Source: a virus (Duplodnaviria > Heunggongvirae > Uroviricota > Caudoviricetes). From it: 25,592 nt of DNA. The notes beneath the pieces were generated by a model. The model had not been told where the DNA came from. It searched no databases and saw only the letters and a program-made list of their open reading frames with translations. Shown here piece by piece: positions 1 through 10,041 of this stretch; position 1 is the first letter of the stretch; each line of letters begins with the position of its first letter. The stretch lies in the IMG/VR virus record IMGVR_UViG_2547132281_000002, positions 1 through 25,592 of that record, one strand, 5' to 3'. A program made the translations under genes and the position numbers.

Positions 1-88
1 TTATCTTCTGGTATTTAGCTATCCCTCATAAGTTAATTGCCGCTGAGATATCCTAAGCTCTAGCCTCTGAAAATACATTTATATTTCG

Positions 89-121
89 AAGCCCGCGATA
101 TTTTAAGCGGGCTTTTATTTT
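89..121 (+). terminator. Hairpin plus T-run, rho-independent terminator-like, at the left edge of the window
   Basis: Stem gcccgc (91-96) pairs with gcgggc (106-111) and is followed by ttttatttt. Read directly from the sequence, not folded computationally. Confidence 0.3.
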
Positions 122-701
122 AAACTTCAGGTATTACAGGCCACTCAATATCAGGTGCAGTTGATGTATCAACACGGTTCAGCAACACCCGATACTTTTT
201 CCAGGCTTCCAGCAATGAGGTTTCTTCCTCCGTTGCGATTTCCAGATCTACAGCATCCTGAAGTGGCGCAATATGCTCACTGGCTACCTGCATCAGGCTG
301 TTTTTTGTTTCTTCCGCCTCCCGGATCCGGAACAGTTTTTCTGCTTCTGCATCTTTCACCCAGGCTGTGCCGTTCCACTTCTGAAACTCCCCTTCCGGCG
401 ATAACCAGGTAACATTTTCCGGTAATGAGCCGAGTTCAGAAATAAATAATGCGTCGCCGGAAGCCACGTCATAAACCGTTTTACCCCGATGATCTTCAAC
501 GAGATGCCACGATGACTCATCACTGTTGAAAACAGCCACGAAGCCAGCCGGAATATCTGGCGGTGCAATATAGGTACTGTTTGCTGGCAGACCTGTATGA
601 GGCGGAATATATGCGTCACCTTCACCAATAAATTCATTAGTTCCGGCCAGCAGATTATAAATTTTTATGGTCCGTGGTTGTTCACTCATTCTGAATGCCA
701 T
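120..701 (-). CDS. tfa: Tail fiber assembly protein Tfa (lambda Tfa / DLP12 TfaD-like), 193 aa
   Basis: Translation [24 protein letters not shown]... matches lambda Tfa as I recall it. Its ATG overlaps the stop of the upstream stf fragment (TAATG), as in lambda stf-tfa. Confidence 0.9.
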   Translation of the reverse strand: MAFRMSEQPRTIKIYNLLAGTNEFIGEGDAYIPPHTGLPANSTYIAPPDIPAGFVAVFNSDESSWHLVEDHRGKTVYDVASGDALFISELGSLPENVTWLSPEGEFQKWNGTAWVKDAEAEKLFRIREAEETKNSLMQVASEHIAPLQDAVDLEIATEEETSLLEAWKKYRVLLNRVDTSTAPDIEWPVIPEV

Positions 702-1885
702 TATGCAAGCCTCACAATGTAGTTAAATGCGATGTTTTTGACGGTGTTTTCCGCGTTACCAGCAGCGTTAACGGTGATGGTGTGTCCATGTGAGCCAATC
801 GCAACAGAGTGCGTATGAGCACCAATACCGACAGTATGTGCGTGAGCACCTGCAGATGCGGCTGTGCCGCTGACACTATGAGTGTGCGCTCCTGCAGCAC
901 TTGTATTCACACTGGCCGCAGACACTACCTTATGTACTGACCCATTTTGTGACCACTGGCTGACTGCTGATGCGCCTGTGACACTATGAGTATGGTTTCC
1001 GGCACTTGCGGCTGTACCGCTCACACTGTGCGTATGCGCCCCGGTGTTATTCGTGGATTTAGTGCCGTAATCAAACGACGATGTGGTTTTCGTCCCCAAA
1101 TCCGTACTGGATGCGCTGGCGCTGTGGGTGTGCGATTTAATGCCGTCCTGTTCCTGAGACAATACGGCACGACCACTGGCAGGTTTGCCCTTAATCGTCC
1201 AGCCACGCATATCAGGGATCACGCCTGACGGATAAGCGGCTGCAAGTTTCGGGTATGCAGATTTGTCAAAAGTCTGCCCCTGCATCAGGGCATAACCAGA
1301 CGGAACGGTATCTGATGGCCACGGGGTTGGTGCACCGACTGGGTAGCTTTCTGGTGGAAGATTTTTCGAGGTATAAACTTCTGCCCAGTCTTCCTCAAAA
1401 CCATAGCCATCTCTTGAGGAACGGTAGAACAGACCTCCATTTCTGTAATGTGCCTTCATCTGCAAGGTCCGGCAACTTCCGACTCCGGTATAGAAGTTAA
1501 CCAGAATATAGCTGTCGCCAGAGCGGGTGACATTGTAAGCGCCTGATTCGGCATTCCATGGAACGCCCCCATCCGCATCGGCATACGTATCCGTTGCCCT
1601 TCTGGCAAAAGCAGCCACATGCGCGGCGGTTAAAGTAATATCTTTGGAACCATCAAACTCAACACCAGAAACCAGTCTTGGCGTTTGCAGCTTTGTTGCT
1701 GTTAATGCATTACCGTTCAGACTTGCGGACAGTTTGGTTCCAATAACCAGTTCGCCGGTTGCGTTATCAATAGCAAACGGTCTTAATGTATTCCAGCCAC
1801 CATAAACATCACCTTGATTGGTAAGCAGCAGGTAAGTTTTAGCGCCATCATTACGCCATAATGCACCATACTCCCCACCTATCAT
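701..1885 (-). pseudogene. stf: C-terminal fragment of side tail fiber protein Stf (about 394 of roughly 774 codons), fused at a deletion junction
   Basis: Translation ends ...[31 protein letters not shown] with repeated [15 protein letters not shown] motifs, matching the lambda/Rac Stf C-terminus from memory. The N-terminal part is absent and the reading frame begins right at the Nu1 junction. Confidence 0.8.
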
Positions 1886-2328
1886 TCGAATCTGATTTCC
1901 AGTTCCGGAAAACGCCGCTGCACCGACAGGGGGATCCCGTCGAGAATACTGGCAATTTCACCTGCGATCCGCGACAGCACGAAAGTACAGAATGCGGTTT
2001 CCACCACTTCAGCGGAGTCTCTGGCATTTTTCAGCTCCTGTGCGTCGGCCTGCGCACGCGTAAGTCGATGGCGTTCGTACTCAATAGTCCCTGGCTGGAG
2101 ATCTGTCTCGCTGGCCTGCCGCAGTTCTTCAACTTCCCGGCGCAGCTTTTCGTTCTCAATTTCAGCATCCCTTTCGGCATACCATCTTATAACGGCGGCA
2201 GAGTCATAAAGCACCTCATTACCCTTGCCACCGCCTCGCAGAACGGGCATTCCCTGTTCCTGCCAGTTCTGAATGGTACGGATACTCGCACCGAAAATGT
2301 CAGCCAGCTGCTTTTTGTTGACTTCCAT
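1882..2328 (-). pseudogene. nu1: Terminase small subunit Nu1, truncated at about codon 144 (DLP12 nohD-like remnant)
   Basis: MEVNKKQLADIFGASIRTIQNWQEQGMPVLRGGGKGNEVLYDSA... matches lambda Nu1 up to ...RFPELE, then diverges and stops. Lambda Nu1 is 181 aa from memory. Confidence 0.85.
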
Positions 2329-2329
2329 T

Positions 2330-2560
2330 GTTCATCCCACGGCCAAAAACAGAGAAAGGAAACGACAGAGGCCCAAAAGCTCGTTTTCAGCACCTGTCGT
2401 TTCCTTTCTTTTCAGGGGGTATTTTAAATAAAAACATTAAGTTACGACGAAGAAGAACGGAAATACCTTAAACCGGAAAATTTTCATAAATAGCGAAAAC
2501 CCGCGAGGTCGCCGCCCCGTAACCTGTCGGATCGCCGGAAAGGACCCGCAAAATGATAAT
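2330..2560 (-). other. cos: cos region: cosN 12-nt cohesive-end sequence at 2506-2517, with cosB between cosN and Nu1
   Basis: The minus strand reads ...GTTACGGGGCGGCGACCTCGCGGGTTTTCGCTATTTATGAAAATTTTCCGG..., which is the lambda right-end/left-end junction as recalled (GGGCGGCGACCT overhang). Confidence 0.8.
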
Positions 2561-2716
2561 AATTATCATCTACATGTCACAACGTGCATCTACGCCATCA
2601 AACCACGTCAAATAATCAATTATGACGCAGGTATCGTATTAATTGATCCGCATCAACTTAACGTAAAAACAACTTCAGACAATACAAATCAGCGACACTG
2701 AATACGGGGCAACCTC

Positions 2717-2911
2717 ATGTCAACGAAGAACAGAACCCGCAGAACAACAACCCGCAACATCCGCTTTCCTAACCAAATGATTGAACAAATTAACATCGCT
2801 CTTGATCAAAAAGGGTCCGGGAATTTCTCAGCCTGGGTCATTGAAGCCTGCCGTCGGAGGCTAACGTCAGAAAAGATAGCATATACATCAATTAAAAGTG
2901 ATGAAGAATGA
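2717..2911 (+). CDS. ylcI: Small ribbon-helix-helix-like protein, DLP12 YlcI-like (DUF3950), 64 aa
   Basis: MSTKNRTRRTTTRNIRFPNQMIEQINIALDQKG.... Position just past cos corresponds to the lambda right-end small ORF. Confidence 0.7.
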   Translation: MSTKNRTRRTTTRNIRFPNQMIEQINIALDQKGSGNFSAWVIEACRRRLTSEKIAYTSIKSDEE

Positions 2912-3075
2912 ACATCCCGCGTTCTTCCCTCCGAACAGGACGATATTGTAAATTCACTTAATTACGAGGGCATTGCAGTAATTGAGTTGCAGTTTTACCA
3001 CTTTCCTGACAGTGACAGACTGCGTGTTGGCTCTGTCACAGGTTAAGTAGTTTGAATGATTAGCAGTTATGGTGA

Positions 3076-3282
3076 TCAGTCAACCACCAGGGAATAATCC
3101 TTCATATTATTATCGTGCTTCACCAACGCTGCCTCAATTGCCCTGAATGCTTCCAGAGACACCTTATGTTCTATACATGCAATTACAACATCAGGGTAAC
3201 TCATAGAAATGGTGCTATTAAGCATATTTTTTACACGAATCAGATCCACGGAGGGATCATCAGCAGATTGTTCTTTATTCAT
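3076..3282 (-). CDS. ybcW: DLP12 YbcW-like small protein, 68 aa
   Basis: [40 protein letters not shown].... AT-rich, convergent with ylcI. Recalled from the K-12 DLP12 gene set. Confidence 0.6.
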
Positions 3283-3567
3283 TTTGTCGCTCCATGCGCT
3301 TGCTCTTCATCTAGCGGTTAAAATATTACTTCAAATCTTTCTGTATGAAGATTTGAGCACGTTGGCCTTACATACATCTGTCGGTTGTATTTCCCTCCAG
3401 AATGCCAGCAGGACCGCACTTTGTTACACAACCAATACTATTAATTGAAAACATTCCTAATATTTGACATAAATCATCAACAAAACACAAAGAGGTCAGA
3501 CCAGATTGAAACGATAAAAACGATAATGCAAACTACGCGCCCTCGTATCACATGGAAGGTTTTACCA

Positions 3568-3978
3568 ATGGCTCAGGTTGCCATTTTTAAAGAAATATTC
3601 GATCAAGTGCGAAAAGATTTAAACTGTGAATTGTTTTATTCTGAACTAAAACGTCACAATGTCTCACATTATATTTACTATCTAGCCACAGATAATATTC
3701 ACATTGTGTTAGAAAACGATAACACTGTGTTAATAAAAGGACTTAAAAAGGTTGTAAATGTTAAATTCTCAAGAAATACGCATCTTATAGAAACGTCCTT
3801 TGATAGGTTGAAATCAAGAGAAATCACATTTCAGCAATACAGGGAAAATCTTGCTAAAGCAGGAGTTTTCCGATGGGTTACAAATATCCACGAACATAAA
3901 AGATATTACTATACCTTTGATAATTCATTACTATTTACTGAGAGCATTCAGAACACTACACAAATCTTTCCACGCTAA
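3568..3978 (+). CDS. ybcV: DUF1398-family protein, DLP12 YbcV-like, 136 aa from an internal ATG
   Basis: ...[58 protein letters not shown].... The ORF track extends it to 3445; I chose the ATG at 3568 to match the recalled YbcV length. Confidence 0.65.
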   Translation: MAQVAIFKEIFDQVRKDLNCELFYSELKRHNVSHYIYYLATDNIHIVLENDNTVLIKGLKKVVNVKFSRNTHLIETSFDRLKSREITFQQYRENLAKAGVFRWVTNIHEHKRYYYTFDNSLLFTESIQNTTQIFPR

Positions 3979-4268
3979 ATCATAACGTCCGGTTTCTTCC
4001 GTGTCAGCACCGGGGCGTTGGCATAATGCAATACGTGTACGCGCTAAACCCTGTGTGCATCGTTTTTAATTATTCCCGGACACTCCCGCAGAGAAGTTCC
4101 CCGTCAGGGCTGTGGACATAGTTAATCCGGGAATACAATGACGATTCATCGCACCTGACATACATTAATAAATATTAACAATATGAAATTTCAACTCATT
4201 GTTTAGGGTTTGTTTAATTTTCTACACATACGATTCTGCGAACTTCAAAAAGCATCGGGAATAACACC

Positions 4269-4562
4269 ATGAAAAAAATGCTACTCGCTACTGCGCTGGC
4301 CCTGCTTATTACAGGATGTGCTCAACAGACGTTTACTGTTCAAAACAAACAGACAGCAGTAGCACCAAAGGAAACCATCACCCATCATTTCTTCGTTTCT
4401 GGAATTGGGCAGAAGAAAACTGTCGATGCAGCCAAAATTTGTGGCGGCGCAGAAAATGTTGTTAAAACAGAAACCCAGCAAACATTCGTAAATGGATTGC
4501 TCGGTTTTATTACTTTAGGCATTTATACTCCGCTGGAAGCGCGTGTGTATTGCTCAAAATAA
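4269..4562 (+). CDS. bor: Bor lipoprotein (serum-resistance lysogenic-conversion protein), 97 aa
   Basis: MKKMLLATALALLITGCAQQTFTVQNK... with lipobox LITGC, matching lambda Bor from memory. Sits opposite Rz as in lambda. Confidence 0.9.
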   Translation: MKKMLLATALALLITGCAQQTFTVQNKQTAVAPKETITHHFFVSGIGQKKTVDAAKICGGAENVVKTETQQTFVNGLLGFITLGIYTPLEARVYCSK

Positions 4563-4593
4563 TTGCATGAGTTGCCCATCGATATGGTCAGCT

Positions 4594-5055
4594 CTATCTG
4601 CACTGCTCATTAATATACTTCTGGGTTCCTTCCAGTTGTTTTTGCATAGTGATCAGCCTCTCTCTGAGGGTGAAATAATCCCGTTCAGCGGTGTCTGCCA
4701 GTCGGGGGGAGGCTGCATTATCCACGCCGGAGGCCGTGGTGGCTTCACGCACTGACTGACAGACTGCTTTGATGTGCAACCGACGACGACCAGCGGCAAC
4801 ATCATCACGCAGAGCATCATTTTCAGCTTTCGCATCAGCTAACTCCTTCGTGTATTTTGCATCGAGCGCAGCAACATCACGCTGACGCATCTGCATGTCA
4901 GTAATTGCCGCGTTCGCTAGCTTCAGTTCTCTGGCATTTTTGTCGCGCTGGGCTTTGTAGGCGATTGCGTTATCACGGTAATGATTGACCGCCCATGACA
5001 GGCTGACGATGATGCAGATAATCAGAGCGGATATAATCGCGGTTACTCTGCTCAC
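4594..5055 (-). CDS. Rz: Spanin inner-membrane subunit Rz, 153 aa, GTG start
   Basis: (V/M)[67 protein letters not shown]... matches lambda Rz from memory. Confidence 0.9.
4653..4835 (-). CDS. Rz1: Spanin outer-membrane lipoprotein Rz1, embedded in the +1 frame of Rz, 60 aa
   Basis: [60 protein letters not shown] with lipobox VVGC and a proline-rich tail, matching lambda Rz1. Confidence 0.85.
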   Translation of the reverse strand: MRKLKMMLCVMMLPLVVVGCTSKQSVSQCVKPPRPPAWIMQPPPDWQTPLNGIISPSERG

Positions 5056-5549
5056 TGTTGCCCCCACAAACAGACTTCACGCTCAATCTCACGACGAGTC
5101 ATCAGGCCTTTCCATTGCTTACCGCCAGCGTATGTCCAGCGACGCAGCTGATCACATGCGCCTTTGATATCGCCCTGGTTTATTTTGCGAAGAAGCGTCG
5201 ATGTTCTAAAATTGCCAGCACCCACATTGTAAACGAATGAGTAAAGAGCGCCGCGCGTTGTTTCCGGTATATCGACTTTGATATACGGGTTAATTTGTCT
5301 GGCGACAGTGGCAAGGTCTTTATTCAAGAGTGCTTTGCATTCTGCTTTGGTATACGTTTTACCGAGCATGATGTCTTTTCCGGTGTGTCCGTGACATACA
5401 GTCCATACACCAACAATATCTTTGTATGGTATGTAGCTGACACCTTCCAGACCATCGTTACCACTTGGGCCAGTGATTAACACTGATGCTATAGCAATTG
5501 CTCCGCCACCAATAGCAGCAGCAACGGCTTTTCGTAATGATGGAGGCAT
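5052..5549 (-). CDS. R: SAR endolysin (phage 21 R-like lysozyme, DLP12 RrrD-like), 165 aa
   Basis: [44 protein letters not shown]... has an N-terminal Gly/Ala-rich signal-anchor-release segment followed by a lysozyme domain. Confidence 0.9.
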
Positions 5550-5764
5550 TATTCACCTCTCGCAGCCTTGCGCTTATCTTCTTTAATCTTGAAATAAAGG
5601 TTTGTCAGGTACGTCAGCAGGCCAAATACCAGGCTACCCAGCACACCTATTGCTGCCCACTGTGAGGGCGTGACTTTATCGAGCAGCTGTAAAAACCAGT
5701 AACCGGCACTACCTGCTGAGGTGCCATAGGCGACACCCGTTGTTAACTTATCCATGGATTTCAT
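5549..5764 (-). CDS. S: Pinholin, phage 21 S-like (DLP12 EssD-like), 71 aa, dual-start MKSMDK motif
   Basis: [71 protein letters not shown]. Stop overlaps the R start (TAATG). Confidence 0.85.
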
Positions 5765-6352
5765 AACCCCACCTCGCAGACAAAGCGGGTGTAAATTGAG
5801 GGAATACAACGTATCGCAAAAAAGCAGAAACGTAACAGACTCGGAGTCAGTGAATAACTCAGGTATTGAGTTATCAGCTAATATCGAGACTCAAAAAATG
5901 GAAAAACCAGCTCGACGGCGGGTTTAAGCTGTGTGACGAAGTAACCACTCTTAACAGCATAACCAATTTTTTACGTACGTAAACCACTGAATGATATTTA
6001 TGAGAATGCTACCGAGTGTTCAAAACTCCACCACAAATACATAAGAAAACCTCAACAAATAACCAATAAATAATTTCAGACGTTATTTTTAGTTGATTTA
6101 AATTAAACTGCCGAATTATAGAACCCCCATAAATAACAGCCATTAATATAAATTAGCTAATAGGTTTATTTTTGTTCAAATAAGAGCCATAAATAGGTTT
6201 CGATAGAAAAAGTTCAGATAAAAATAGAGATCTACTTCACAAATTAAATGAGAAACTAAAACTTACATCTTGAAATAATCACATTGATTAGATGAATATT
6301 TATCGCGCAGTGACATCATTTTTTAATAATAGTTCAAAAAAAAGGGCTCACG

Positions 6353-7435
6353 ATGAAAAAATTAACAGTGGCAATTTCTGCTGTAGCTGCATCAGTACTG
6401 ATGGCGATGTCTGCTCAGGCAGCTGAAATTTATAATAAAGACAGTAACAAGCTGGATCTGTACGGGAAAGTTAATGCTAAGCACTACTTCTCCTCTAATG
6501 ATGCAGATGATGGTGATACTACTTATGCCCGTCTTGGCTTCAAAGGTGAAACCCAAATCAACGATCAACTGACTGGTTTCGGTCAGTGGGAATATGAATT
6601 CAAAGGCAACCGCGCTGAATCTCAAGGTTCCTCCAAAGACAAAACCCGTCTTGCATTTGCAGGCCTGAAATTCGGTGACTACGGCTCAATCGATTACGGC
6701 CGTAACTACGGTGTAGCATACGACATCGGTGCGTGGACTGACGTTCTGCCAGAATTCGGTGGCGATACCTGGACCCAAACAGATGTATTCATGACTGGTC
6801 GCACCACAGGTGTTGCAACTTATCGTAACAACGACTTCTTTGGTCTGGTTGATGGCCTGAACTTTGCAGCTCAGTATCAGGGCAAAAATGACCGAAATGA
6901 AGTAACTGAAGCTAATGGCGATGGTTTCGGTTTCTCAACTACTTATGAGTATGAAGGATTCGGCGTGGGTGCAACCTATGCTAAATCTGATCGCACTAAT
7001 AATCAGGTTATCTACGGTAACAACGGTCTGAATGCTTCTGGTCAAAATGCTGAAGTATGGGCAGCTGGTCTGAAATATGATGCGAACAACATCTATCTGG
7101 CCACCACCTATTCTGAAACCCAGAACATGACTGTTTTTGGTAATAACCATATTGCCAACAAAGCACAAAACTTCGAAGCTGTTGCACAATATCAGTTCGA
7201 CTTCGGCCTGCGTCCATCCGTTGCTTACCTGCATTCTAAAGGAAAAGACTTGGGTGTTTGGGGTGATCAGGACCTGGTTGAATATGTTGATGTAGGTGCA
7301 ACCTATTACTTCAACAAAAATATGTCCACTTTTGTTGACTACAAAATCAACCTGATTGATAAGAGCGATTTCACGAAAGCATCTGGCGTTGCTACCGATG
7401 ATATCGTTGCTGTAGGTATGGTTTACCAGTTCTAA
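6353..7435 (+). CDS. nmpC: Outer-membrane general porin, NmpC/OmpD/Lc family, apparently intact, 360 aa
   Basis: [23 protein letters not shown] signal peptide, then [17 protein letters not shown]... and a C-terminal ...VAVGMVYQF. Lies between Q and the lysis genes on the opposite strand, as in DLP12. Confidence 0.85.
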   Translation: MKKLTVAISAVAASVLMAMSAQAAEIYNKDSNKLDLYGKVNAKHYFSSNDADDGDTTYARLGFKGETQINDQLTGFGQWEYEFKGNRAESQGSSKDKTRLAFAGLKFGDYGSIDYGRNYGVAYDIGAWTDVLPEFGGDTWTQTDVFMTGRTTGVATYRNNDFFGLVDGLNFAAQYQGKNDRNEVTEANGDGFGFSTTYEYEGFGVGATYAKSDRTNNQVIYGNNGLNASGQNAEVWAAGLKYDANNIYLATTYSETQNMTVFGNNHIANKAQNFEAVAQYQFDFGLRPSVAYLHSKGKDLGVWGDQDLVEYVDVGATYYFNKNMSTFVDYKINLIDKSDFTKASGVATDDIVAVGMVYQF

Positions 7436-7444
7436 TTTGATTAC

Positions 7445-7620
7445 TAAAAGATATGTTGTGGGAGGCTTTGCCTCCCCAACATATAAGTGGCTCCCTCAAG
7501 CCACTTCCTTTAGAAGCACAACCTTGCTTCTAACTATACAAACCTTCTGTTATATATTACCCTTTATTTTTGGGGGCGTTTCAACGCCCCATTTTTAATA
7601 ACTTTTAGTAAATAATTGGC
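7445..7620 (-). promoter_or_regulatory. Candidate late promoter (pR'-like), Q-utilisation region and tR'-like hairpin downstream of the Q gene
   Basis: On the minus strand a TTGAAA -35-like hexamer with AT-rich -10 candidates lies about 40-70 nt past the Q stop. It is followed by hairpins (aagtggct/agccactt; gggaggc/gcctccc) and then tctttt. Position is analogous to lambda pR'/qut/tR'. Exact elements not resolved. Confidence 0.35.
7572..7598 (+). terminator. Rho-independent terminator downstream of the porin gene
   Basis: Stem ggggcgtt (7573-7580) pairs with aacgcccc (7583-7590) and is followed by attttt. Confidence 0.6.
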
Positions 7621-7623
7621 GTA

Positions 7624-8007
7624 TTAATTAGAGTTATTAACAACGATATCCATCTCTAACCGGATATCTAATGCCATTAACATCCCTTCAATTATGCCCT
7701 CAGCCTTCTGTAACCTTTTCCCGATATAACCATCAGAGCAGCAATGCTTACCTGCCAGTGACATGAATGTCATACCGACTACATAATAATCTACTAATAA
7801 ATCGTGCAAATCGCTGTTGTTCTTTTTCAGACGGGCCATGCACCCGCAAATGATCATCGCGTCATCGTCACAACATTGCGGGCGAGATTTTACTTTTGAA
7901 GTAATTAATCCCTTAAAACCGGCGGCAATGGACGACCAGGTCACATCTTCATGATTATTAGCCGCCCACGCTCCCCAACGCTCAAGAACCATCTGAATAT
8001 CACGCAT
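7624..8007 (-). CDS. quuD: Late-gene antiterminator Q (DLP12 QuuD-like), 127 aa
   Basis: [62 protein letters not shown].... Last gene of the nin-Q block. An alternative upstream ATG lies at 8022. Confidence 0.8.
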   Translation of the reverse strand: MRDIQMVLERWGAWAANNHEDVTWSSIAAGFKGLITSKVKSRPQCCDDDAMIICGCMARLKKNNSDLHDLLVDYYVVGMTFMSLAGKHCCSDGYIGKRLQKAEGIIEGMLMALDIRLEMDIVVNNSN

Positions 8008-8092
8008 CAACTTACTCCACAAAAATCAGACCAGAACGCCAATTACAAGCAAAAATCAACGAAACAGTATTAGTTGATTGTTATCTCTGACT

Positions 8093-8215
8093 TCATACTC
8101 CTGCTCCTGTCAGGGTTTTGGCGTAATTCTTCAGTATTCGGTAATCGGTCAAAACAGAACCGGGGAAACGATATAAGCGCAGACGCCCCCAGCGGTGGCG
8201 AAGACGTTCTGCCAT
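8093..8215 (-). CDS. ylcG: Small protein YlcG-like, 40 aa, below the ORF-track length cutoff
   Basis: Manual translation gives MAERLRHRWGRLRLYRFPGSVLTDYRILKNYAKTLTGAGV. Sits between rusA and Q as in DLP12. Confidence 0.5.
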   Translation of the reverse strand: MAERLRHRWGRLRLYRFPGSVLTDYRILKNYAKTLTGAGV

Positions 8216-8229
8216 ATAAAACTCAAACA

Positions 8230-8592
8230 TCATTCATTCCCCATTTCGGTGATGGTCAGTTCCAGCCTCCCACCTTTGGTAACAGGCATCTTCACAACGC
8301 GGTAATCAACGACCTGAGCATCATCCAGCCAGAAACCTGCTTTAGTGAGTGCGTCAAAAGCGGCTTTTTGCAGATTATCCAGGTCACGGCGACGGCGATC
8401 CGGCATGTGGCACTCAATGCGGATTTTCACAGGCATAGCCAGGCCGATATCCAGCATTGCGTTTTTAATGATTCGGGCGACGTTATCGCGGTATGCCTGC
8501 CCCTCTGCGCTGACGTGCGTGCGCCCGCGATTATGGCGGTAATAGCGATTATTGCTCGGAGGCCAGGGTAATGTGATGCTGTAGGTATTCAC
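8230..8592 (-). CDS. rusA: Holliday-junction resolvase RusA, 120 aa
   Basis: [43 protein letters not shown]... matches RusA from memory. Confidence 0.9.
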   Translation of the reverse strand: MNTYSITLPWPPSNNRYYRHNRGRTHVSAEGQAYRDNVARIIKNAMLDIGLAMPVKIRIECHMPDRRRRDLDNLQKAAFDALTKAGFWLDDAQVVDYRVVKMPVTKGGRLELTITEMGNE

Positions 8593-8879
8593 GCCTTAAT
8601 AACCCCCTCTTTCAGCCAGATAACCTGTGTTCTCGCCATACCTTCCAGCGCGCATTCTTTTGCATATGCAGCATCGACAAAATGTGTGCGGCGGTCGATT
8701 TCGTCGTGGCAGGCAGAACATGCAATGGTGGCAATCAGGTCTGGCGGTTTGGTACCGGTGCCGCACAATCCAGTCAGCCGGATATGTGCCAGTACAGACG
8801 TTTCAGGGTTGCCATTACATACGCCAGGGATTCTTACCTGGCATTCCCGACTACGCGCTGCTTTTCTCAAATCAGCCAT
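8589..8879 (-). CDS. ybcO: YbcO-like nuclease (DUF1364, Cys-rich), 96 aa
   Basis: [64 protein letters not shown].... Overlaps the rusA start (ATGA). Confidence 0.8.
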   Translation of the reverse strand: MADLRKAARSRECQVRIPGVCNGNPETSVLAHIRLTGLCGTGTKPPDLIATIACSACHDEIDRRTHFVDAAYAKECALEGMARTQVIWLKEGVIKA

Positions 8880-9042
8880 GATTCCTCCTTGCTGCCAGTC
8901 GCAACCATTTTTTATCAACCAGGCTGGCGGTATATCCGAGCAGTGTTGGTATTTCGGAAGGCTTCAGCTCCGGTTTACGCTTACGACGATCTGGTACTCT
9001 GTAGATGTGTCCGTTCATGACACGAATAAGCGGTGTAGCCAT
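8872..9042 (-). CDS. ninE: NinE-like protein, 56 aa, below the ORF-track length cutoff
   Basis: Manual translation gives [56 protein letters not shown]. Start overlaps the ybcN stop (TAATG); stop overlaps the ybcO start. Confidence 0.6.
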   Translation of the reverse strand: MATPLIRVMNGHIYRVPDRRKRKPELKPSEIPTLLGYTASLVDKKWLRLAARRNHG

Positions 9043-9497
9043 TACGCCTCCTGCTTGTCGCGGAGCAGCTGGAACTCGCAGCTCTGCGGAATAGTCAGGT
9101 GGCAGCCAATATTCACCGCCCAGGCTTCAACCTTACACAGGAAGACATACATCTCTCCGGTATCAAGATCGGAGGTATGGCGTAACGACTGGATAGTGGT
9201 GATATCACCGGTTACGACATCAACCAGGTCTTTGGTTTCATAACCGAGATATGTGTGTTTGAGAGCATCTTTTACCCAAGCTGGAGTAGCGAACGTTTTA
9301 CCCCTGCTGATGAGGTATTCACTGATTTCGCTGTACCACATGTGGCTGAGTGCATTCTGGGAAAGACTGCGTTTCTCACGCCACGGTTTAAGCACCATGC
9401 GAAAGCATTTGCCCTCCTCCAGATAAGGCTGGATCTGCCGACCGATAGCGGTGAAGTTACCGCGATGTAATTTGATGCCATCTTGTGGGAGATTCAC
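9042..9497 (-). CDS. ybcN: NinB-family recombination protein (DLP12 YbcN-like), 151 aa
   Basis: [62 protein letters not shown]... matches YbcN from memory. Confidence 0.85.
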   Translation of the reverse strand: MNLPQDGIKLHRGNFTAIGRQIQPYLEEGKCFRMVLKPWREKRSLSQNALSHMWYSEISEYLISRGKTFATPAWVKDALKHTYLGYETKDLVDVVTGDITTIQSLRHTSDLDTGEMYVFLCKVEAWAVNIGCHLTIPQSCEFQLLRDKQEA

Positions 9498-9684
9498 GCT
9501 TCACCTCCGCAGAGGTCAAACGCTGGATACAATATATCGCAGGTGCATTTCTGCATCTGTGGAGGGAGAAGAGAGTTTGGATTGTGTGTGCGCATAAACG
9601 TCCCCGTTTAGCGCAGAAGTCACCGGAGTTGTTCAGGCTCCGATGACATGATTATGGCGAGTTGATTATCGCAAATCAAAGGTT

Positions 9685-10041
9685 TTAATTGTGCTTTATT
9701 CCTTCAAGCGTTGCCTTCATACCAACCAAAGAAATGTTTAGCTCTCCAACTTTCTCAGGGCTATATAATTCAGAATGAAGCCAATATTCTGATTTATCTA
9801 AACATCTTTTAGCCAGCTCTCGATCAAAGTCTACGACTTGGGAAGACGCTTCATACCAAAGCCTATAAAGTTTTTCTTCTTCGTTTGGGTTATTAGGCTC
9901 ACCACGTTTTAATTTTTCAGTATATAAAATTGTTGAATAAATCGCAGGAGTTAATCCAGTGATTGCCCTCTGCCGCAGATCGGATTTGTTTGTTATCCAC
10001 CCCAACAGACGATCTCCCATCCATGTGATAATTGTATCCAT
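9685..10041 (-). CDS. Uncharacterised 118-aa protein, AT-rich cargo gene
   Basis: MDTIITWMGDRLLGWITNKSDLRQRAITGLTPAIYSTILYTEK.... An RBS-like AAGAAGGG lies 8 nt upstream. No family recognised; no predicted transmembrane segment. Confidence 0.55.
   Translation of the reverse strand: MDTIITWMGDRLLGWITNKSDLRQRAITGLTPAIYSTILYTEKLKRGEPNNPNEEEKLYRLWYEASSQVVDFDRELAKRCLDKSEYWLHSELYSPEKVGELNISLVGMKATLEGIKHN

Noticed and set aside
701-1100. Highly repetitive DNA encoding [15 protein letters not shown] units
   Set aside because: These are in-frame peptide repeats of the tail-fibre C-terminal region. They have no spacer/repeat periodicity and are not a CRISPR array.
6392-7234. Minus-strand ORFs inside the porin gene
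   Set aside because: Shadow ORFs within a gene that has a clear signal peptide and porin-like sequence on the plus strand.
8074-9243. Plus-strand ORFs of 65-185 aa (8074-8571, 8345-8542, 8627-8881, 8682-9020, 8686-9243)
   Set aside because: They lie entirely antisense to well-supported rusA, ybcO, ninE and ybcN genes and lack start signals. These are shadow ORFs.
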